From the NCBI RefSeq assembly GCF_964194025.1, contig NC_134480.1, forward strand, positions 15,004,001 to 15,068,000: DNA of 64,000 nucleotides. Reading direction: 5' to 3'. Source of the DNA: Convolutriloba macropyga. Lineage: Eukaryota. This document shows, piece after piece, positions 1 through 8,890 of this stretch (positions are counted from its first letter, which is position 1; the number at the start of each line of letters is the position of its first letter). The translations under genes were made by a program, and so were the position numbers. Under the pieces are notes generated by a model. That model did no database searches and was not told the DNA's origin. It saw only the letters and a program-made list of their open reading frames with translations.

Positions 1-660
1 GTTGAATTGAGTCTTGAGCAAGTGCCAGTATGCTTTTATGTTAGTGTGTTTGTTTAATTTGCCTTCAAATTCTTGAATATTTCTTTTTACAACGTTATAC
101 AGTTGTGTCGTTCGTTGGAAGAAATTTTCATCGGATTTGACTAAGCGCTTAATTTTCAGATCACCTCTACAGTGATGCCTTGTTCTCTCGTCTTCGAGGG
201 CTTTAAAACTTTTTGAGAATGTAATACTCATTACAAGTAATAGCTAGGAAGAGAAAAAGATCATGCAGTTCGACGTAGTGACAGAGTGTGAGTAGTTTTA
301 GGCTAATGAGACGTTCTTCGTAAGTTTGAGGTGAATTTCCTAGAATCCATTTAGCGGCCATAATCTGCACTTCAATTTTGTACATGCTGGTGTGGTTTTG
401 CAACCATGCTTGTGAGCAGTACGTCAGTATTGAAACAATAGAACCAGTACAGTACAGCAGTTCATTTTGTTTGATATTGAACTGATTGCAGAGACATTTC
501 GTTTTATTTGGAAAAAAAGCACTAGTTGTTTTTTTGCACTCTGTGCTTGGAGTTTCCTTGCCATGAGAGGTTTGATGTAATTATTAAACCACATAATTAA
601 CCACATACACAAGTCTTGCATCTAGAAAGGAGGCTTCTTCAGTACAAGACATGCCGATAA
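1..660 (-). mobile_element. Decayed CR1/L2-like LINE 3' fragment (copy 1, runs off window start)
   Basis: The minus-strand peptide IEVQIMAAKWIL...TYEERLISLKLLTL resembles the CR1-type ORF2 C-terminal motif (LE.VQ..A.K.I....YEERL..L.L..L). Multiple stops/frameshifts; boundaries approximate. Confidence 0.65.
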
Positions 661-876
661 TATCATGTCTGTTTAATTTTTAATAGCGAATCTTTATTTT
701 AAAAAATGGCACATGCGTCGGGGGGGGGGGTGCAAAAAATATGCACCCACAAAGCTGGGGGCGCAAACAATAATCCCCAAACAATTTGCTTAAACGTCAA
801 CATTTATAGAATCACTTTATAAAGACTAGAAAAGTTTGGTCTTATACTGCTAGTAAATTTAAGTTAACATAATAAC

Positions 877-1263
877 GTTAAAATATTAGTTCAAATATTA
901 ACGTTAAAATATTAATTCAAATAATAATTTTGACTAGTTGAGGAAACATAGGGCAAAAAAACATTTTGTGCATGACAAAACGAAATTTGCAAAACCTCAA
1001 CAAGAAGGATACTTAAGTTTAGGGCAAATTCGGAATAACCCTAAAAATACAAGAACATGGCCAAAATCGAAAAATCCGGAATAGTAATGTTTTTAAATAA
1101 ATTGATAGCGGATGTAAATATGAGTTGTAAATAGGATAAATATTGTACATATGGAATTTTATCTTATAACAATTTGTAAAACAGTTTTAACCTGACGATG
1201 AACGTAAAGTTCGAAAACGTTTGTTTTAAGTAATTTTATTTTGACAAATCGGTTTCTTTTACA
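877..1263 (+). mobile_element. Solo pseudo-LTR of the Penelope-like element
   Basis: Nearly identical to 3497-3883 and similar to 7354-7789. The left flank matches the left flank of the full element and the right flank (gtaaatgtaaggtc) matches its right flank. Confidence 0.85.
1186..1230 (+). ncRNA. Minimal type I hammerhead ribozyme motif (PLE-associated)
   Basis: CTGACGA(1192)-T-GAAC-gtaaa-GTTC-GAAA-ACGT-T-T: conserved core, 4-bp stem II, palindromic AACGTT stem III, short stem I (aac/gtt). Confidence 0.75.
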
Positions 1264-1490
1264 GTAAATGTAAGGTCTAAAAGCTGCACCATTGTCACAA
1301 GTTTAGAATTTGATCTTTTTGCAATTTACTTTCTCCTTAAATTTTATTTTTCGTCTTTGCCGATTTCAATTGTAAGTTGCTCTACTTGAGAAATTTCTGA
1401 TTACTGACTGGTCACTCCATGTAAATTGGCACTTATTTGGGGGGGGGCTGGCCAGAGGCAACTCTTCTCATGCATGTGCCCAATTTTAAG

Positions 1491-2291
1491 GCTAGAATGG
1501 CACCGCCGTCCATTCAGCACGGCATTCCTGCATCAATAGTTGGCAGCAGCAGCGTTGGCAATGCCCCAGCTGTTGAGCAGTTTCTCTACCGAGTGTTCTC
1601 CCCACCAGCTAGCTACCAGTGTGACTCGGTTGAAAATGTTTCCAAGAAGCGCCTCACTCTTGAAACGCTCGAAGGTTATATAGACAAAAGTATGAAAACC
1701 AATGTGAGTCAGCTTGAAAACGAGCACACTTCTGAGGAAGACAATGAAGGCAGAATATGCGGCAATAGTGATCAGTCGGTGTTGTTAGATCGAAAGCTGA
1801 CTCATGGAAACTTCTTTTTTGAGCATGACCAGCTCGGTGTCACGAGTTTATCCAATTTCTCAACAATTACAGCGAATGCTTGTGTTTTCAAAGGTAAATG
1901 GGTGTATGAAGTTATGCTAGGGTCAAAAGGATTGATGCAGATTGGTTGGAGTACTACCAAGTGTGTGTTCTCACCCCAAGAGGGCGTTGGAGATACTCCC
2001 AATTCTTATGCTTACGATGGCAATCGAACTCGGAAATGGAACATGAATACCCAAAAGTACGGCGAATCATGGAGTTCTGGAGACGTAATTTCCTGTACTA
2101 TCGATTGCGACGAGGGTTTAATTGGGTTCTACCGTAATGGCAAAAATTTGGGAGTCGCTTACGATAATATTACCTTGGGTCCAGGTTTTGCATACCTGCC
2201 AGCGATATCGTTGTCCGTTCATGAATCAGTGAGGTTGAATTTTGGATCGAGTCCGCTGAAGTATCCGATCGAAGGCTTTAGACCAATGCAG
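1491..2291 (+). CDS. RNF123: Duplicated RNF123 SPRY-domain exon (copy 1); ATG at 1497
   Basis: Same translation as 8025-8825. SPRY motifs GKWVYEV, MQIGW, GVGDTPNSYAYDG, GDVISC, YLPAISLS. Putative acceptor ttttaag|g at 1490 and donor cag|gtaagt at 2291. Confidence 0.8.
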
Positions 2292-2517
2292 GTAAGTTTC
2301 CGCTCAGTAAAACCAGATTATCTCATGTATATTAATCTTAAGTCTGAAAATTATTGATTGCTCGCGAACGATGTTTGAGCTAATATCTTAAACGTGTCTT
2401 TTCACGACTTGTCCATTTGGCTCAATTTTTTGCCTTGTTATTCTAATTTTGTCTTTTATAGCTGTAAGCTGAGCGGAGCTATATTGCGGTACTCTTGGTT
2501 TTTTACAATTCAAAGAA

Positions 2518-3270
2518 ATTTTGTCAGTCTAGTTTCAGTTGACAAGTTTTTTTGCCAATTTTTACAATTGTCATTTCTGTAAGTTATACGCCAAGAGCAT
2601 TTGTTTGTTAGGGTTGAATTGAGTCTTGAGCAAGTGCCAGTATGCTTTTATGTTAGTGTGTTTGTTTAATTTGCCTTCAAATTCTTGAATATTTCTTTTT
2701 ACAACGTTATACAGTTGTGTCGTTCGTTGGAAGAAATTTTCATCGGATTTGACTAAGCGCTTAATTTTCAGATCACCTCTACAGTGATGCCTTGTTCTCT
2801 CGTCTTCGAGGGCTTTAAAACTTTTTGAGAGTGTAATACTCATTACAAGTAATAGCTAGGAAGAGAAAAAGATCATGCAGTTCGACGTAGTGACAGAGTG
2901 TGAGTAGTTTTAGGCTAATGAGACGTTCTTCGTAAGTTTGAGGTGAATTTCCTAGAATCCATTTAGCGGCCATAATCTGCACTTCAATTTTGTACATGCT
3001 GGTGTGGTTTTGCAACCATGCTTGTGAGCAGTACGTCAGTATTGAAACAATAGAACCAGTACAGTACAGCAGTTCATTTTGTTTGATATTGAACTGATTG
3101 CAGAGACATTTCGTTTTATTTGGAAAAAAAGCACTAGTTGTTTTTTTGCACTCTGTGCTTGGAGTTTCCTTGCCATGAGAGGTTTGATGTAATTATTAAA
3201 CCACATAATTAACCACATACACAAGTCTTGCATCTAGAAAGGAGGCTTCTTCAGTACAAGACATGCCGAT
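2518..3270 (-). mobile_element. Decayed CR1/L2-like LINE 3' fragment (copy 2)
   Basis: Same sequence as 1-660 at offset 2612. Confidence 0.65.
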
Positions 3271-3805
3271 AATATCATGTCTGTTTATAATTTTTAATAG
3301 CGAATCTTTATTTTAAAAAATGGCACATGCGTCGGGGGGGGGGGGGGGGGTGCAAAAAATATGCACCCACAAAGCTGGGGGCGCAAACAATAATCCCCAA
3401 ACAATTTGCTTAAACGTCAACATTTATAGAATCACTTTATAAAGACTAGAAAAGTTTGGTCTTATACTGCTAGTAAATTTAAGTTAACATAATAACGTTA
3501 AAATATTAGTTCAAATATTAACGTTAAAATATTAATTCAAATAATAATTTTGACTAGTTGAGGAAACATAGGGCAAAAAAACATTTTGTGCATGACAAAA
3601 CGAAATTTGCAAAACCTCAACAAGAAGGATACTTAAGTTTAGGGCAAATTCGGAATAACCCTAAAAATACAAGAACATGGCCAAAATCGAAAAATCCGGA
3701 ATAGTAATGTTTTTAAATAAATTGATAGCGGATGTAAATATGAGTTGTAAATAGGATAAATATTGTACATATGGAATTTTATCTTATAACAATTTGTAAA
3801 ACAGT

Positions 3806-3850
3806 TTTAACCTGACGATGAACTTAGAGTTCGAAAACTTTTGTTTTAAG
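3806..3850 (+). ncRNA. Hammerhead ribozyme motif in 5' pLTR (stem III palindrome mutated)
   Basis: CTGACGA(3812)-T-GAACT-tag-AGTTC-GAAA-ACTT-T-T. Stem II is preserved despite loop changes. Confidence 0.65.
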
Positions 3851-4003
3851 TAATTTTAATTTGACAAATCGGTTTCTTTTACATTATTTACTTTGTCAAA
3901 TATTTTGAAATCAAGGCCTAAAGAAGGGCTAATTGCAAAATACTTTGAGAAGTTTTCAGTGTTTTAGTGTTTTAGCGAGTATGAATTTTATAGATTTACA
4001 GAG

Positions 4004-4654
4004 ATGGTGCAAATTCTGGCTGCATGTTCGCTTCTAAATAGTCTCCCATATTCAAGCAAAAAACAGTTTTTAGGGAAAATTACATCGGTTCCCGGACTCT
4101 CCTTCAACAGAAATTCCAAAGACTGGGTCAAAAACGCAAGGAATCTTCTTCAGAAGGGTCACCTGAGCAAGCGGAAAGACTTGGTAGTGTGGCACGACAT
4201 GATAAATAACACAATCTCACATCACATTTCAAACAACTACCAACCCCGCAGCGTGCTGGAGTTGACACCGTTTCTTAGAACGAACAGAGACCGCTTCAGT
4301 GCGATTGTTTACCGTCAACGTATAGGCACAGAGGATATTTTTGAGGAGCTGCTGAAGTCTGAGGTACTGGCGCTAAGCGTAACCAAGCACCTGATTTCGA
4401 AGAGAAAGTGGAAGACGCAGCCAGGAAAGTATTCCCAGCTGCATCAGGAGGCTGGGTTGGAGATTAGGACCCTGGAGACAGTATTACGCCATCAGTACAA
4501 TTTAAGAGGGCTGCTCAAGAAAGGAAAAGGCAAGAACTGGGGCAAAAGGCAGAGGAAAGCGAGAGCCAAGGCAAAGATGGTGCAACAGACACACACTGAG
4601 GAGGAACTCCTGAACAATCGGGTTTCATTGCCCCCTGTCCTTGAGCTTCTTTGA
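4004..4654 (+). CDS. PLE upstream ORF, 216 aa, degenerate SGNH/GDSL-hydrolase-like fold with basic tail
   Basis: Open ORF inside the PLE. Spaced blocks ILAACSLL / SVPGLSF / DLVVWHDMINN / SQLHQEAG match the order of SGNH blocks I, II, III, V. K/R-rich C-terminus. Confidence 0.5.
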   Translation: MVQILAACSLLNSLPYSSKKQFLGKITSVPGLSFNRNSKDWVKNARNLLQKGHLSKRKDLVVWHDMINNTISHHISNNYQPRSVLELTPFLRTNRDRFSAIVYRQRIGTEDIFEELLKSEVLALSVTKHLISKRKWKTQPGKYSQLHQEAGLEIRTLETVLRHQYNLRGLLKKGKGKNWGKRQRKARAKAKMVQQTHTEEELLNNRVSLPPVLELL

Positions 4655-4657
4655 GGT

Positions 4658-7366
4658 ATGTGGTTAATGCTAGCAAAGACGTGGCTCAGGTATATTTTGA
4701 AAAGATCAAAATGTTACAAATTTTATCTTGATTACTTGAAAACCCTAAATAAGGTCACTAGCTGCAATTACGGACTTGACTTTTTAAAAGAATGCCTTAA
4801 CAATGATATGATTTCGGATTTTTTGAGGTTTCGCGCTCCTAAAAAAGAAATTTTTTCTAAACAAGCGTTGCACAGTTTTCAATTAAAGCTCTTGAAACAG
4901 GAAATAAACCGTGCGGAGAAAAGCCGTAAAGTGTTAAGGGAAAAACTTGAGTCAGATAGCAGTAATATTATGGAGAACGTGAGACCAGAACTGATGAATC
5001 CGTTGTTGGCAGCATTAGGCGTGAAATGAGGAACCACTCCGCAATGGTTAAAAATATTAATTCAAATGATAATTTTGACTAGTTGAGGAAACATAGGGCA
5101 AAAAACATTTTGTGCTTGACAAAACGAAATTTACAGAACCTCCACAAGAGGGATATTTATGTTTAGGGCACTTATTGGAAAACTTGATAAACTGTCAGAT
5201 AGACAGGATAGACCACTGCGGAATGGCTCCCATAGTAATGTTGTGATAATGGATGGCCGTGAACTTCCAAAGTTTGTACTTGACATCTTATCATTTGGAC
5301 CTAAACACCATGTGAGGGACAAGTTTGTTGAGGTGCACTTCCTTGCAGACGTAGACCCACTTGTAAGGGAGTTACGCGAGAATAAAACCGAGGGTGAGAA
5401 GCTTTGTGTAATTGACCGTCCGCAAAATGGTATGCAAAAAATGTACGCAAAAACCCAATGGATAGAGGGGTCAAAAAGATGCATGATTACCTAAAAGCCA
5501 ATGATTTGCTGGCGGAACCATTTGATAAAGGCTGCGGTTTCTGTGTGATGAAGAAGTCAACGTACATGGAAAAACTTGATGAGGTGCTGAACTCAGATCA
5601 GTTCCAAAAAATCAATGATCAAAAGATGATCGTGTGATCAAAAATGAAAAATAGATCAATAACAGCCTGCAACAATTAATGAAGCAAGGGAAAATTAGTG
5701 ACAAAATTTATCAAAGACTCAGGTCAACAGTTTCACAACCAGCGAGGCTTTATGGTCTGGCAAAATTACATAAAAAAGATAATCTCCGACCTGCTCTTTC
5801 GATGCCTGGTAGCATCTACGGAAACTTAAACAGATTTCTGACACCATTTTTCCAGAAACTACCGCGCAAACATTGAAACCAACACGCAAGAGGCTTGAAA
5901 GACCTTAGAGTCTCTCTTTCTTGAAGATGACGAGCAGATAGTATCTCTTGACGTAAAAAGTGTGTAGACCAACGTTCCGGTTGGAGAGGCTATAGAAATT
6001 GCTCTAAGAGAACTCTATTCAAGCAACGTAGCTCCAGATATCCCAAGATCCGTCATAAAAAATTTGCTAAAGCTTGCGGTGACGAATGTTCGTTTCAATG
6101 TGATGGCATTTGGTATGTACAATCAGATGTTCTGGCTATGAGTGCATCACTGGCTGTAATACTAGCAAACGTGTGGATGAAATCGTTTGAGGCATCACTG
6201 CAAAAACCAGAGCTCAATGAAAACATTTCCAGATCCGACCAAAACCGGAAGTGCAAAGACTTTAATCTGAGAGTGACTTTCCCAGGAAGAGGAGTAAAAT
6301 GTGAGTCATGCAAAAACTGGTTTCACGGAAGATGCCAAAGGATATCGAATGAGGAATACGCCAACATGCAGGATGATGTTTGCATTTGTACTTATTGTAA
6401 CAACCAACAGATAGTGGGGCGTTATGAGGAGATGAAATTGTTTAAAAGATATGTGGATGTTATTATATGCACGGCTCGTGGTGACCCGGACGAGTATTTA
6501 AATATTGCAAATTCTTTACACAACAACCTGCAATTTACCTTAGAAAGTTAACATGGAAGGGAATTTGGCTTTTTCTTGACATTAACGTAAATGTGAGCAG
6601 CAAAAGTAATATCACCTATCACAGGTATCAAAAACCAACTGACTATGGAATAATACTGAATTTTCGCAGCTTTGCACCGCTTCAGCATAAGAAAAATGTG
6701 ATTCAAGGGACGGTTCATAGGGTTTTTAATGCAACCTCTAATTGATTGGCATTCGATCAGGCTCTCGAAAAGAACAAAACTTGCTGGACCAAAAATCAAT
6801 ATGCAGAAGATTGGTCTTCAAAAATAGTGAACCAGACTCTAGAAAAGATAATAAGTGGCGGTAAAGACCAATTGAGAACAACACCAAAAGAGCAGCAAAA
6901 AAGCAAGACTAGATCCTATGATAAGCCAACTATTTTTCTACAATACAGAGGCAACCTTACTCAAAACTTTGCAAGCAAATTGAAGAACTTATGCGAATTG
7001 CAAGTGGTTTTTACAACGCGGAAATTAAGATCATGCCCCCCCACCCTGAAATCATCTTTAGATAGAGACCTGAAATCCCACGTGGTATATGAGATTAAAG
7101 CTAATGGATGCGGATCCATCTATGTTGGGCAAACAAGCCAGCATGTTACCACAAGGATAACAGAACATCAAAAGAAGGATTCACAGGTGGGTCAACATCT
7201 GGTTGAATGTCGTGGTGCCACGAATGACATTGAATGGAAAATTCTGGACGCCTGTCGGACGGTAGAAAAACTAATGATTATCGAAGCTATATACATCAGC
7301 AAGCTGAAGCCGGCACTGAACACACGCGATGAATATAGGGGGCGGGAGCTCAGGTTAAAATATTAG
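4658..7366 (+). pseudogene. PLE RT-(PHD)-GIY-YIG polyprotein, disrupted by stops, frameshifts and a pLTR-derived insertion
   Basis: ORF-track fragments 4658-5029, 5159-5494, 5679-5876, 6138-6551 and 6746-7366 give collinear PLE motifs. Catalytic YVDD is mutated to YVDV. Confidence 0.9.
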
Positions 7367-7711
7367 TTCAAATTATAATTTTGACTAGATGAGGAAACAT
7401 AGGGCAAAAAACATGTGCAAGAGAAAACGAAATTTGCAAAACCTCCACAAGAGGGATACTTAAGTTTAGGGCAAATTCGGAATAACCCTAAAAATACAAG
7501 AACATGGGCAAAATCGAAAAATCCGGAATAGGAATGTTTTTAAATAAATTGATAACGGATGTAAATATGAGTTGTAAATAGGCTAAATATTGTACATATG
7601 GAAAAATTTTCGATTGAATTTTTTAGAATTGTTCCCAGAATTGTTTTAAGTGGGGTCTCAGACAAATGTAAATACATATTTATTTTATCTTTTAACAATT
7701 TGTAAAACAGT

Positions 7712-7756
7712 TTTAACCTGACGATGAACGTAAAGTTCGAAAACGTTTGTTTTAAG
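7712..7756 (+). ncRNA. Minimal hammerhead ribozyme motif in 3' pLTR
   Basis: CTGACGA(7718)-T-GAAC-gtaaa-GTTC-GAAA-ACGT-T-T, identical to the 1192 copy. Confidence 0.75.
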
Positions 7757-8030
7757 TAATTTTATTTTGACAAATCGGTTTCTTTTACAGTAAATGTAAG
7801 GTCTAAAAGCTGCACCATTGTCACAAGTTTAGAATTTGATCTTTTTGCAATTTACTTTCTCCTTAAATTTTATTTTTCGTCTTTGCCGATTTCAATTGTA
7901 AGTTGCTCTACTTGAGAAATTTCTGATTACTGACTGGTCACTCCATGTAAATTGGCACTTATTTGGGGGGGGGGGGGGGGGCTGGCCAGAGGCAACTCTT
8001 CTCATGCATGTGCCCAATTTTAAGGCTAGA

Positions 8031-8825
8031 ATGGCACCGCCGTCCATTCAGCACGGCATTCCTGCATCAATAGTTGGCAGCAGCAGCGTTGGCAATGCCC
8101 CAGCTGTTGAGCAGTTTCTCTACCGAGTGTTCTCCCCACCAGCTAGCTACCAGTGTGACTCGGTTGAAAATGTTTCCAAGAAGCGCCTCACTCTTGAAAC
8201 GCTCGAAGGTTATATAGACAAAAGTATGAAAACCAATGTGAGTCAGCTTGAAAACGAGCACACTTCTGAGGAAGACAATGAAGGCAGAATATGCGGCAAT
8301 AGTGATCAGTCGGTGTTGTTAGATCGAAAGCTGACTCATGGAAACTTCTTTTTTGAGCATGACCAGCTCGGTGTCACGAGTTTATCCAATTTCTCAACAA
8401 TTACAGCGAATGCTTGTGTTTTCAAAGGTAAATGGGTGTATGAAGTTATGCTAGGGTCAAAAGGATTGATGCAGATTGGTTGGAGTACTACCAAGTGTGT
8501 GTTCTCACCCCAAGAGGGCGTTGGAGATACTCCCAATTCTTATGCTTACGATGGCAATCGAACTCGGAAATGGAACATGAATACCCAAAAGTACGGCGAA
8601 TCATGGAGTTCTGGAGACGTAATTTCCTGTACTATCGATTGCGACGAGGGTTTAATTGGGTTCTACCGTAATGGCAAAAATTTGGGAGTCGCTTACGATA
8701 ATATTACCTTGGGTCCAGGTTTTGCATACCTGCCAGCGATATCGTTGTCCGTTCATGAATCAGTGAGGTTGAATTTTGGATCGAGTCCGCTGAAGTATCC
8801 GATCGAAGGCTTTAGACCAATGCAG
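8031..8825 (+). CDS. RNF123: RNF123/KPC1 coding exon 1 (SPRY domain)
   Basis: SPRY domain; ends ...YPIEGFRPMQ|gtaagt, phase 0. Joins exon 2 to give RPMQ|DPP, like RNF123 RPLQDPP. Alternative ATG at 8004. Confidence 0.9.
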
Positions 8826-8890
8826 GTAAGTTTCCGCTCAGTAAAACCAGATTATCTCATGTATATTAATCTTAAGTCTGAAAATTATTG

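Larger units (their letters stand above)
3497..7789 (+). mobile_element. Penelope-like retroelement (PLE), GIY-YIG type, flanked by direct pLTRs (3497-3883 and 7354-7789); decayed
   Basis: PLE motifs across frameshifted ORFs: LSFGPKH, PFDKGCGFCVM, PARLYGLAKLHK..LRP, VSLDVKSV*TNVP, AMSASLAVILAN, FKRYVDV, LQFTLE, LAFLDI. C-terminal GIY-YIG VVYEIKANGCGSIYVGQT...R..EH...EAIYI...KPALN. Terminal direct repeats contain hammerheads. Confidence 0.93.

Noticed and set aside
5047-5166. GT...AG intron inside the PLE
   Set aside because: Splicing gttaaa...tttag leaves the ORF out of frame; the segment matches the pLTR instead.
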